From IMG/VR virus record IMGVR_UViG_3300012231_000002, positions 1 to 54,551 of that record: a DNA stretch of 54,551 bases; one strand, given 5' to 3'. Origin of the DNA: a virus (lineage: Duplodnaviria; Caudoviricetes). The notes under the pieces were generated by a model. It was not told the origin of the DNA. It worked only from the letters and a program-made list of their open reading frames with translations, and ran no database searches. Both the position numbers and the translations under genes were made by a program. Below, in pieces: positions 28,887 through 36,959 of the stretch (positions within the stretch are counted from its first letter, which is position 1; each line of letters opens with the position of its first letter).

Positions 28887-29083
28887 CGGATTGTGTATCC
28901 GGTCCGCTGAATCCATCCCATCCAGTATTCGACACTGGAACCACTTCGCCACTCGCCTAGGAGTGGGAGTTCCCAGACGATTCCATTTCGGATTTCGAAC
29001 TTGTAGCGGTTTTTGAAGTGTGCGTTGATGATTTCGAGAAGGGCCTCTTCCCTTGTGCCTTTGATGTCGTGGAGCGCGTGCAT
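28883..29083 (-). CDS. MxxLHxI-motif protein (MHALHDIKG..., 66 aa)
   Basis: TGATG overlap; RBS GGAGG. Confidence 0.72.
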   Translation of the reverse strand: MHALHDIKGTREEALLEIINAHFKNRYKFEIRNGIVWELPLLGEWRSGSSVEYWMGWIQRTGYTIR

Positions 29084-29391
29084 CAGGACAGATACCTCCG
29101 AAAACCGTCCAAGCCACAGGAGCATTGGGTTTCGAGTTTTACGCAGTCTCGTTTGTGTTGGAGTCGTCCGTCCCAGAAGTCTCCAAGAGTACGAAGTGCT
29201 TCGAACAAGTCCTCGCGTGACGGAGTAGGTCGATCGCCTTGGGGCGTACTGTCCCGGTTGGGTGCCATGGGACTTGGTACTCGTTCAGGCACGTTAGACA
29301 AAGACTGGTCGTCTCCACCGTTATTGTCGGGTCGAGGGACCCGCAGAGGGCGCAAGCGAGGTTCTTTGTCAGGTGCCATTGGTGGTTCCAA
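29083..29391 (-). CDS. Hypothetical protein (H...C...CSCGL); start uncertain
   Basis: Stop overlaps the next ATG. Confidence 0.4.
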   Translation of the reverse strand: MEPPMAPDKEPRLRPLRVPRPDNNGGDDQSLSNVPERVPSPMAPNRDSTPQGDRPTPSREDLFEALRTLGDFWDGRLQHKRDCVKLETQCSCGLDGFRRYLS

Positions 29392-29535
29392 ACTCCGTCG
29401 TTCCAGACTCGAAACCTTTGAGCAAGTGCTCGGTAGGTCTCTTGATAGAAGCCCCGTTTTTCAAGGGCCTCTATCTGAGCGATGTGGGGGAGACAGTGAT
29501 CCCGGTGCGTGTCTGCGTGCTTCGGGGAGAAGTCG

Positions 29536-29946
29536 TTACAGCGATGTACCGGGGTCCGAGTCTCGGATTCCGACCAGTTCACGGTCGAGGTCGGCCGCGT
29601 GCTGTGCGATTCGGTGAGCAAGGTCTCGGAGATTGGTCGTGCGCGCTTCGGGCGTCCACTTCCCGTACTCCGCGATGGCTTCGGTGATGCCTTTCGCGAT
29701 GAGGTCGGACTTGGCGTGGGTGGCTGTGCTGACGGCTTCGGTCTTGGCTCGGGCATCCCAGTGCTTCCTTGCTTCGTCCAGTTCGCCAAGCGCCTCCTTG
29801 TCCGTGACCTTGACATCATCGTCGTTGATGCAGGCCACGAGGAAGAGGATGTGCTGGCTCGCCCGGAACATTGGCGGGAAGAATCCGCTGCCTGTGGGCG
29901 TCCGCCCCGTAAAGGGCAGTTCCTTGATGGTGTCGGCGAATGCCAT
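29536..29946 (-). CDS. Hypothetical protein
   Basis: RBS AAGGG; phage-like codon use. Confidence 0.65.
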   Translation of the reverse strand: MAFADTIKELPFTGRTPTGSGFFPPMFRASQHILFLVACINDDDVKVTDKEALGELDEARKHWDARAKTEAVSTATHAKSDLIAKGITEAIAEYGKWTPEARTTNLRDLAHRIAQHAADLDRELVGIRDSDPGTSL

Positions 29947-29947
29947 G

Positions 29948-30253
29948 CTACTTGTCCCTTTCTGTGGGGAATTCGGGAAGATCGTACTCTTCCCTGATCT
30001 GGGTGATGCCCTTGGCTGCGAGTTCTTCTAGGTGTTCCTTCTCGGCCTTGTCCACCATGTCCTTGATTCCGAGCAGGAATAGAAGCTTCTCTTTCTGCTT
30101 CTTCTTGTGTTCTTTCTTGTTGAGGTATTCGATAATGGTGGCGGTCACGTAAAACGTGAACACGACCGCCACGCCGATCCATCCGGCCATGGAATATGAC
30201 CCGAGGAAGGCGATGATCCAGATGGCTATTCCGATCATGGCGACTGCTAGCAT
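29948..30253 (-). CDS. Two-TM membrane protein
   Basis: Two hydrophobic helices and a charged tail; TAATG overlap with the JAB gene. Confidence 0.7.
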   Translation of the reverse strand: MLAVAMIGIAIWIIAFLGSYSMAGWIGVAVVFTFYVTATIIEYLNKKEHKKKQKEKLLFLLGIKDMVDKAEKEHLEELAAKGITQIREEYDLPEFPTERDK

Positions 30254-31842
30254 TAGTTCAGCCCTTTCTGGCTCATGTCTTCGGGTGGTGTGGCGGTTTC
30301 TGGGAGCAGTGCCATGTCCAGATCGCCGGGGATTGACCCGGTGACCTTGAATGAGACATTGAGGCCCAGCGTCCTGAGGACGTGGATTGATCGGAGTGTC
30401 TTGGACAGGAAGGCTTCTTGCCAGTACTCGGGGTCTCCGGCGATGTCTGGGTGGCGAAGGGCGAAGTCGATGTCGTCCTCGTTCACCTGATCGCTGTCGA
30501 ACAGGAGTTCTAGGACATCGGGCGGAAGGAGTTCCTCCCAGTGCTTGTCCTCTGATTCTGACCAGAGGCCCATTTCTCGAAGCTCGGCTTCGGAGAAGGA
30601 CTTTTCGAGAGCGCCTTCCTTGTCCCAGTCCACGCCACGTTCGGCCGCTCGCCGTGCGTTGAACTGTCGGGATTCCACCAGTGCCATGGGCTCGGTGTTA
30701 CCGACGAACTCCCAGTTCTTGATGCGAGGAGCCCAGCGGTAGCCCTTCTCGACTAGGAGTCGTGGTGAGATTCCCTCGTAACCTTCAGGTGGGCCATCAA
30801 GTCCCTGAAGCCGATAGAATTCGTCCCAGTCTTCGGCCCGATATCCAATCGGTTCGTTGGCAGGACGAGAGAGTGGTGCGTCGAAAGCCTGAGCCCGAAT
30901 GGTAGTGCCATTTTGACCGGGAAACGTGATGGTGCCGTCTTCGGCTACCACCCAGCTCTTGTGGACGAGGCGATGAAGCCTCTGGTTCCACACCCAGTCC
31001 TGCGTGAGATTGGAGCGTCCGACCGGATGCTGTCCCTGTCCCTGTGGCTGGGTAACTGGGGTGATCTTGGTGGTTGCGAATTCGTTGCCCACACCGGTCG
31101 GCTTGTTGAACTTCTTGTATAGTTCGTAGCCAACTGGCTTGGTCCGGGTCTTGGTGTCTTCGACGTAGCGATCCCACCACGCGGGGGCTTGGTGCTTCTT
31201 GACCTCGGAGAAGTCGAAGAGAAGCGGGAACTGGGACTCCTGATAGTGGATTAGTCGCTTGTTCATGGCGACCATGGCCACGATCTGCGGGGTTTCCCTC
31301 TTGATCATCCCGATGGTGGCGTGGAATCCGTCGAATCCCTCTGCATCCTTGGTGTCCGTGCCGCTGTGGCCTGCACCGAAGTCGCAGTGAGAGTGGATCG
31401 TTCCAACGAGGACCCAAGGCAGGGCGATGTGGGTCGGATCGAAGACGTAGTTGACTCCACCATGGGAGACTAGCTGCGTTGGGATGAACGCGCGCCATTC
31501 CTTGGTGTCTTGGTTCATGCAGAGCAGGACCATGGCTTCCGTGTGCTGGTAGTCATAGATTCGCTCGAAGAACGTCACGACATGGGACATGATCACGGCG
31601 GGGATCGGCGGGGCTTCCCACCAGAACATGCCCGTGGAGGTCCCGACCTTTGGGAAGAACTCGGGCCATGTTTCGACTCGTGCGATGCCGCGACCTAGAA
31701 GGCCGCGTCGATGCAGGAACAGTCCGTCCTTGGCTCCGAAGTAGAACGGATCGGGACCGTCTGGAACGCCATCCCAGCCGTCTTGTCCCAACTTCAGGAG
31801 AGCGCCGAACGCCGGGGGCGGGGGCGGCTTTCGCTTGGTCAT
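30253..31842 (-). CDS. JAB/JAMM (Mov34/MPN) metalloprotease with long C-terminal extension (PRTRC protein A-like)
   Basis: TEAMVLL...VGTIHSHCDFGAGHSGTDTKD = E...HxH-x7-S-x2-D; start MTKRKPP with ATGA overlap. Confidence 0.9.
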   Translation of the reverse strand: MTKRKPPPPPAFGALLKLGQDGWDGVPDGPDPFYFGAKDGLFLHRRGLLGRGIARVETWPEFFPKVGTSTGMFWWEAPPIPAVIMSHVVTFFERIYDYQHTEAMVLLCMNQDTKEWRAFIPTQLVSHGGVNYVFDPTHIALPWVLVGTIHSHCDFGAGHSGTDTKDAEGFDGFHATIGMIKRETPQIVAMVAMNKRLIHYQESQFPLLFDFSEVKKHQAPAWWDRYVEDTKTRTKPVGYELYKKFNKPTGVGNEFATTKITPVTQPQGQGQHPVGRSNLTQDWVWNQRLHRLVHKSWVVAEDGTITFPGQNGTTIRAQAFDAPLSRPANEPIGYRAEDWDEFYRLQGLDGPPEGYEGISPRLLVEKGYRWAPRIKNWEFVGNTEPMALVESRQFNARRAAERGVDWDKEGALEKSFSEAELREMGLWSESEDKHWEELLPPDVLELLFDSDQVNEDDIDFALRHPDIAGDPEYWQEAFLSKTLRSIHVLRTLGLNVSFKVTGSIPGDLDMALLPETATPPEDMSQKGLN

Positions 31843-32222
31843 CTCGCTACTCCCTCGTCCATCGGACGGATCGTTGTCGTTCCGATCGTGATAGTCGTTG
31901 CCTGCTCGTGCAATTCCTCGATCGTGGGCTTGGGTGTTGCCTTGACCTTGAACCTTGCCTTTTCCTTGCCGGTCTTCAGGTTTTGATTGAGTTTTGCCAG
32001 TCTTGGGCTTTTTGCTGTGACCAGATCGCTGTCCAGTGTCATCATGCGATCGGTGATCTTGGACATCGTTGCGTCGATTGCCGTTTTGAAGTAGATCGAG
32101 ATGGACTCGTCTGGGTTCGTCGGAAGACTCCCCGCGCCCGTCGCGATGACGTTGTGTTCCATCTGGTCCACGATGGCGAGTAGATCGGCGATTGTTTCTG
32201 GGCGCTTGTCGTCGGTGGCCAT
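31839..32222 (-). CDS. Hypothetical protein within the Ubl operon
   Basis: Between the E2 and JAB genes, translationally coupled. Confidence 0.7.
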   Translation of the reverse strand: MATDDKRPETIADLLAIVDQMEHNVIATGAGSLPTNPDESISIYFKTAIDATMSKITDRMMTLDSDLVTAKSPRLAKLNQNLKTGKEKARFKVKATPKPTIEELHEQATTITIGTTTIRPMDEGVAR

Positions 32223-32224
32223 GT

Positions 32225-33094
32225 CTAGGCAACCTTCTTACCGCTGTCTGCGCGGATGTTGGCGAGACCGACCTCGATCCGCTCCCTCTCTTCGGGAGTC
32301 AGTTTCATCAGCCACTCTTCGGTGCGTCCGAAGGTCATGGGCGTGATGATTTCGGGGATGCGACCAATGACCTCGATGGGAGCGCTTCGGTCGCTAAGCG
32401 TGCCCATGATCTTGCGAACTGTGGTGTAGGTCAGTCCGGGGACCTTCTTGCCCTTGGCGTGATCCCATTCGGGGAAGGATAGGAAGGCGGCGGGGTCCTT
32501 CTTGGACTCCTCTTCCCAGCGTGCCCAAGTGTCACGGCCGGTCTCGCTCATCCACGGGCTGCCTGCGCCGGAGCCGTGCGTGAATGTGGTGCGGTAGAAC
32601 TCGTCAATGGTCTGGTCGATCCTCTGGGCCAGTGAGAGGTTCTGGTGGGTGCTGGTCGTACCCCAGCAGATGTTCCCGCTGGCCGCCACGTTGGGCACCA
32701 TCGCGGTCATCAGTTCTTGGTCGAGGTTTGTGATGTTCTCGCGTGACCAGTACATCCGAGTGTTGACGTGGACCCAGTTCCGACCCTCCATCGGGTCTCC
32801 TGAGGTCTGAAGGTCAAACAGGAAGTACGTCCATGGCAGCGAAATCTGGTATCGCCGATCGTTGTACTTGCATGTGAACATGCCAGCGGTGTGCTCGGCG
32901 AGAATCTGCGCCTTGGCTTGCTTGGCGTCGCTCTGGTCCCAGTGAACGATGATCGCGCTCTTGGGCAAGATGCCAACGGTCACTGGTGGGCGGTTCTCGA
33001 TGTACGGGAGGAAGTCCTGAAGTCGGCCCTCGGTGATGACTTCGACTCGCTGGTGTCGAACGAGGTCACCTTCGATGAGCAGTTGATCGGGCAT
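32225..33094 (-). CDS. Prokaryotic E2-like conjugating enzyme (PRTRC protein B / Prok-E2 type)
   Basis: LPWTYFLF...AMVPNVAASGNICWG...FYRTTFTH; catalytic-type Cys in NV..G.ICWG; RBS AGGAG. Confidence 0.8.
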   Translation of the reverse strand: MPDQLLIEGDLVRHQRVEVITEGRLQDFLPYIENRPPVTVGILPKSAIIVHWDQSDAKQAKAQILAEHTAGMFTCKYNDRRYQISLPWTYFLFDLQTSGDPMEGRNWVHVNTRMYWSRENITNLDQELMTAMVPNVAASGNICWGTTSTHQNLSLAQRIDQTIDEFYRTTFTHGSGAGSPWMSETGRDTWARWEEESKKDPAAFLSFPEWDHAKGKKVPGLTYTTVRKIMGTLSDRSAPIEVIGRIPEIITPMTFGRTEEWLMKLTPEERERIEVGLANIRADSGKKVA

Positions 33095-33112
33095 GATGTT
33101 GCTCCTGAAACG

Positions 33113-33143
33113 AAAAAGGGGAGACCCTTGCGGACCTCCCCTT
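33113..33143 (-). terminator. Intrinsic terminator between the Ubl and E2 genes
   Basis: Minus strand GGGGAGGUCC-GCAA-GGGUCUCCCC-UUUUU. Confidence 0.8.
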
Positions 33144-33175
33144 CATGTCGGCTGACAGGTTGTCTGAGTTAGGTC

Positions 33176-33394
33176 TCAGACGCCCTTGTTGCCAGCGGCC
33201 TTCGTCGCCTGCACGCGATCGCCGTCAGCGAGGCGCGTGGTCGGACCGGCAGCAGCGCCGTTGACCGCGACTGCGGCATCGGCGGCGATGCCGAGGGGGC
33301 CAGCGACCTCGCGGAAGAGGTCGGCGACCGTCTCGACGGTCTCGTTCTCGATGGTGAACGTGCCACTGGGCGTGGTCACGGTGAGCTTCGGCAT
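33176..33394 (-). CDS. Ubiquitin-like (beta-grasp, ThiS/MoaD-like) protein ending ...AGNKG-V
   Basis: TVADL, AVAVNG, TRLADGDRV; strong RBS AAGGAGG. Confidence 0.88.
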   Translation of the reverse strand: MPKLTVTTPSGTFTIENETVETVADLFREVAGPLGIAADAAVAVNGAAAGPTTRLADGDRVQATKAAGNKGV

Positions 33395-33450
33395 TTCTGC
33401 CTCCTTACATGTAAGGTATCCGCCTTACTTCGGTTGCGGTGCTTGGTGCG

Positions 33451-33581
33451 CACCGGTCCTAGCAGCCTGAGATGTTGTCGATTTCGTCAGGTAGACCTCT
33501 CGGGTGAGAAGTAACTAGACTAGTCTTAGTCTCGCCTTCCGCTCTGAAGGCAGTGCATTGGGCTTGCTGCTAGGGCCGGTG
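33451..33581 (-). ncRNA. Structured RNA element upstream of the Ubl gene
   Basis: 16-nt arms caccggtcctagcagc / gctgctagggccggtg (15 of 16 complementary) enclosing ~100 nt with inner hairpins. Confidence 0.4.
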
Positions 33582-33585
33582 GGCA

Positions 33586-34011
33586 TCAGTCCGGTAGTGG
33601 GACTTGTTTGTCTATGCAGATGGTGACAACTGCTTCGACCCATTCGGAGAGTTGATCTTGTTCGATTATGACGACATCGGTTCTGGTCTCGATGTCGGGA
33701 TACTTGGTTTTTAGGTTCTGTAGAAGTTGGGGGGAAGGGTAAATCAGGGTGTGATTGGCGCGTTCGATCACCCCACCTGAAGTGAGGAGTTCGATGCTAC
33801 CTTTCTCGAATTCTACCCCTTCCTTTAGCTGGGTCGCCGCTCCTTTCGAACCTGTGGTGACGAGGATGTGGCCGAGCCTCGCGATGCACCTTCCGATGAA
33901 ATTGAGCGAGACTGCTTCTTCTTCGGTGATAGTGGCTTTTCCGATGAATCCGATTCGGGGGTTTCGAAGAGTTCGGGTTGACTTCTTAGTCCGGGTGTCA
34001 ACTCGGTCCAT
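33586..34011 (-). CDS. SLOG/LOG-like Rossmannoid protein
   Basis: RIGFIG...FIGRCIARLGHILVTTGSKGA. Confidence 0.55.
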   Translation of the reverse strand: MDRVDTRTKKSTRTLRNPRIGFIGKATITEEEAVSLNFIGRCIARLGHILVTTGSKGAATQLKEGVEFEKGSIELLTSGGVIERANHTLIYPSPQLLQNLKTKYPDIETRTDVVIIEQDQLSEWVEAVVTICIDKQVPLPD

Positions 34012-34092
34012 CCATCGGCCTCTGCTCTCTTGATGTAGTCGGGGATTTCGTCAGGGTCAACGTAGAGAGCGTAGCACTTTGCTTCGCCCCAC

Positions 34093-34359
34093 CTATTCCG
34101 ACCCCATATCGCGAATTTCGCCATGGGGTACCTCGTGGTCTGGGGGTAGTGATTCGAATTCTGGGTCGCAGTCGTCTTCGTCCGTGATCACTCGGCCTGT
34201 TCTGAGACAGACGTGTGGTGGGGACATCATGGTAGCCATGTCGCAGATGGGGCAACTGCCCTTGGTGGTTAAGGGCGAGTTGCAGCACCAGCACTCAGCC
34301 GTCTTGGGGTCCAGCATGTCGTCGTTTGTGGAGTAGGTGCGTGAGACACCAGTCTCCAA
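34093..34359 (-). CDS. Small zinc-finger protein (CWCC...CPIC)
   Basis: Cys motifs; start uncertain. Confidence 0.45.
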   Translation of the reverse strand: METGVSRTYSTNDDMLDPKTAECWCCNSPLTTKGSCPICDMATMMSPPHVCLRTGRVITDEDDCDPEFESLPPDHEVPHGEIRDMGSE

Positions 34360-34516
34360 GGGCTTGAACGTTGGCGGGAAGAAGTTCTGCGCCGACGACT
34401 GGGACGAAGTAACACTTCTTGGTGATTGGGCGGTACTTCTTGCCGCACATGTGGCAAGTGGTAAGACCTACTTGTGCGTGGTTGCCGTTGCAGTACTTCT
34501 TTTTCTTCCTACTCAT
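34295..34516 (-). CDS. Small zinc-finger protein (C...H...CHMC)
   Basis: Overlaps neighbours. Confidence 0.5.
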   Translation of the reverse strand: MSRKKKKYCNGNHAQVGLTTCHMCGKKYRPITKKCYFVPVVGAELLPANVQALGDWCLTHLLHKRRHAGPQDG

Positions 34517-34715
34517 TCGGAACTCTCGCGGGCGGTTCGGCGGCTGTCACGCGCTGGTACTTCGCCAACGCTTCGGGTGTCATGCCAGCAGTAACGTCCA
34601 GCGCGGGCGGTTCGGATTCGAGGATTACGAACAGGGTTGGGAGGTCGATGACCGCTTTCTGGGTGTTTGGGTCGATCCAAGAGTGACCTTGGATCATGCG
34701 TCTATTCGCCGCCAT
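34509..34715 (-). CDS. Hypothetical protein
   Basis: RBS GAGGG; tight packing. Confidence 0.55.
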   Translation of the reverse strand: MAANRRMIQGHSWIDPNTQKAVIDLPTLFVILESEPPALDVTAGMTPEALAKYQRVTAAEPPARVPNE

Positions 34716-34953
34716 AGGTTCCCTCTTCTGGTTGTGGATCGGCTGTCCAGTGGGACGGACGATCTGGAAGTGGGAAGCCCTTGAAGCTGGTCAGAACTCG
34801 GACTCCGCATTCGCAGTACCCGTAGATGTCCAAGGATTCGTGGACATGGGGTTCCGGGCAGACGTTGGGGATATTGTCGTGTGGAAGCCGTTGGTGTTCA
34901 CAGGTGCAGAGTGTCACGATGCTCTCCTGAAGTGTTTCATGCAGACGCACCAC
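34702..34953 (-). CDS. Cys/His-rich protein beginning MVRLHET (possible LH-motif variant)
   Basis: CTCEH...CECG. Confidence 0.5.
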   Translation of the reverse strand: MVRLHETLQESIVTLCTCEHQRLPHDNIPNVCPEPHVHESLDIYGYCECGVRVLTSFKGFPLPDRPSHWTADPQPEEGTYGGE

Positions 34954-34977
34954 GAGCCGATGAAGTGCCCACAGGTC

Positions 34978-35271
34978 TTACGCCTTAGCGCGGGCGCGGC
35001 GCTGGCCTTCTCTGTTGCGACATCGGTCGGAGCAAAATCTTGCTGCAACGTACCGGGTCGCGGAGATTCCACAGGACTCGCAGATGAAGGTGTGGGTCGG
35101 GATGGTTGGTTCTTTTCGTTCTGGTTGTGTGGCGAAGATTCTGTGGTGGTCACTGCCCGTCCAGCCTCCGGGTGAGTCGGTGTAGCCAACGATGGCTTTG
35201 ATCATGGATGGTTGAAAGACTCTGCGTGCTCCCAGATCGTGGAGTTGATTACGTCCGTCTCTGAGTAGCAT
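34978..35271 (-). CDS. CGNR-like zinc-finger protein
   Basis: CESCG...ARFCSDRCRNR; RBS GAGGA. Confidence 0.6.
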   Translation of the reverse strand: MLLRDGRNQLHDLGARRVFQPSMIKAIVGYTDSPGGWTGSDHHRIFATQPERKEPTIPTHTFICESCGISATRYVAARFCSDRCRNREGQRRARAKA

Positions 35272-35289
35272 TTTGTCCTCTGGATGGGT

Positions 35290-35339
35290 GAACCCCGGTT
35301 ATCTCTGGATGTCCAGTGGAGGGCAGATAACCGGGGTTC
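35290..35339. terminator. Long hairpin (15-bp stem)
   Basis: gaaccccggttatct ... agataaccggggttc. Confidence 0.45.
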
Positions 35340-35407
35340 GGGTTGGGCTTGGTGCTATTGGTTTATGACGACAGTCTCGCCAATGAACCTTCGCAATGAG
35401 CCCTTGT

Positions 35408-36232
35408 CTAGTACCGTGTATTGTCGAAATTCACGGTGTCGTTGGTTGTGACTTGGGTTGTGACGTGGTGGTGGGACTCACTGTCGAGGTTCGGACTCTT
35501 GTAGAAGTCGTAACTTGACAGTGCTGCGGCCGAATCGTCGGTTGTCACGCTTGATGCGGTGAGTCCGTCTCGGCGATAGAGAGCGCCGCCATCATTGTTC
35601 CGACTGTAGTACATGTCGGTCATGTTGATGTCGGCGTTGTCGTGATCGTTGCCGATGCTGCTGTAGATTTCACCGGTTTCGGCTCCCCACCACGCGAGAG
35701 CGCCGTACCAACGGTTGGGCTGGTACTTATTGAACTCGGTGTACTGGCCGTTGCTGGTGTCTGTGATGCGATATCGAACGTTGCCAGCACCACTTGGGAG
35801 TTCCGTGAGTGCGATCGTGTACTTGTACTTGGTGCCGAGTGTTGGGACCCAACTACCCGGAATGTTGATCGCGTTCGGGCTATCGAAAGCGTAAACGAAC
35901 TTCCTGCCATCGCTGCTTTCGGAGTATCCGAGTTGGTAAATGCCGCTTCCGCCACTGACGCTGTTCTGAAGATTGGCGGGAAGAATGTAGGAGCCGTGTG
36001 CTCCGGTCCCGGTGCAATCATCGAGGTCGCGTGTCGTGGCGCTTCCTTCGATCCTGTCGAACTGTGCATCACCACCGGGTCCATCGTGATATTCACGGAG
36101 GACGATCAGATGGTCGTTCTGTGCGCCGGGGAGAACGCAGACGGGTTCGGCGCTGACTCCGGGTGCGGAGAACGCGAGGATGGTGCCGACGAGTGCGACG
36201 ATCGCGCTCAGTCGTGCGAACTTGTTCTTCAT
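35408..36232 (-). CDS. Secreted protein, possible neprosin/G1 glutamic-peptidase-like fold
   Basis: Signal peptide MKNKFARL...VSA; IYQLGY and WWGAET motifs. Confidence 0.55.
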   Translation of the reverse strand: MKNKFARLSAIVALVGTILAFSAPGVSAEPVCVLPGAQNDHLIVLREYHDGPGGDAQFDRIEGSATTRDLDDCTGTGAHGSYILPANLQNSVSGGSGIYQLGYSESSDGRKFVYAFDSPNAINIPGSWVPTLGTKYKYTIALTELPSGAGNVRYRITDTSNGQYTEFNKYQPNRWYGALAWWGAETGEIYSSIGNDHDNADINMTDMYYSRNNDGGALYRRDGLTASSVTTDDSAAALSSYDFYKSPNLDSESHHHVTTQVTTNDTVNFDNTRY

Positions 36233-36243
36233 TGGGGGTCCTT

Positions 36244-36702
36244 TCAGTCGGCTGTGATGATCAGGGATGACAGGGCGTCGTTGATGGTCAGATCGAGTCG
36301 ATATGCGGTCCATGGACCGTCTACTCTCTCGCTGTAGCAGTTGTAGCTTGCGCAGTTGTAGAGAGAGATTTCGTAGAACGTGGATGGGAGCCAGACTTTG
36401 ATGCTGGACACGCAGTCATTCCAAGTGCTTCTTCCTCCCACGAGTGACGCGCAGTCACCGGGCAGTGAGTGGCTGTATCCCGCGAGGTCTGCGATTTTCC
36501 ACTGACTTCCGATCAGTGTCTTGTTGCACACGATCCAAAAGCTGTCGTTGTTGTCTCCGGTATCGCCCTTCTTGTTTTCGTAGAACCGGATCGACGCGCC
36601 AGTTGTCGGTGTGCATGAGCCCTGTGTTCCGGCGCTGACTGCGGGTGCGAAAGTCAGCATCATTGCCATTGAGGCAAGAATGACCAGAAGCTTCTTCTTC
36701 AC
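36244..36702 (-). CDS. Secreted beta/gamma-crystallin / peptidase-inhibitor I36-like protein
   Basis: Signal peptide ...PAVSA; WNDCVSSIKV, LY...SY, INDALSSL. Confidence 0.65.
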   Translation of the reverse strand: MKKKLLVILASMAMMLTFAPAVSAGTQGSCTPTTGASIRFYENKKGDTGDNNDSFWIVCNKTLIGSQWKIADLAGYSHSLPGDCASLVGGRSTWNDCVSSIKVWLPSTFYEISLYNCASYNCYSERVDGPWTAYRLDLTINDALSSLIITAD

Positions 36703-36959
36703 GGGTTCCCTTTCTGTCCCCCGGATTTGATGCTGACAGGAAGTTCCTCGGGTCCTATCAGCTATAATGCCCGTTGTCCCGAGTCCGTGCGGCTCTGTCA
36801 TATGACAGGGAGTGGTACGCCACCGGTGACGGTTCTAGCCCCGTGGAGCCGATGCGTCCTTGGGTGCTCTTGCGAGGGCACCGAGTAGGGTTCTAGTTGT
36901 CCTCATCCGATGTCGTACCCGACTCGTATGAAAGAACCCTACTCTATGACCTCGAAAGA

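Noticed and set aside
31843-32232. N-terminal 130 aa of the 659-aa JAB ORF call
   Set aside because: Overlaps the better gene 31839..32222 in another frame; the ATGA-coupled start at 31842 is more plausible
33480-33495. CUGACGA as a hammerhead ribozyme core
   Set aside because: No properly placed stem II followed by GAAA and an NUH site
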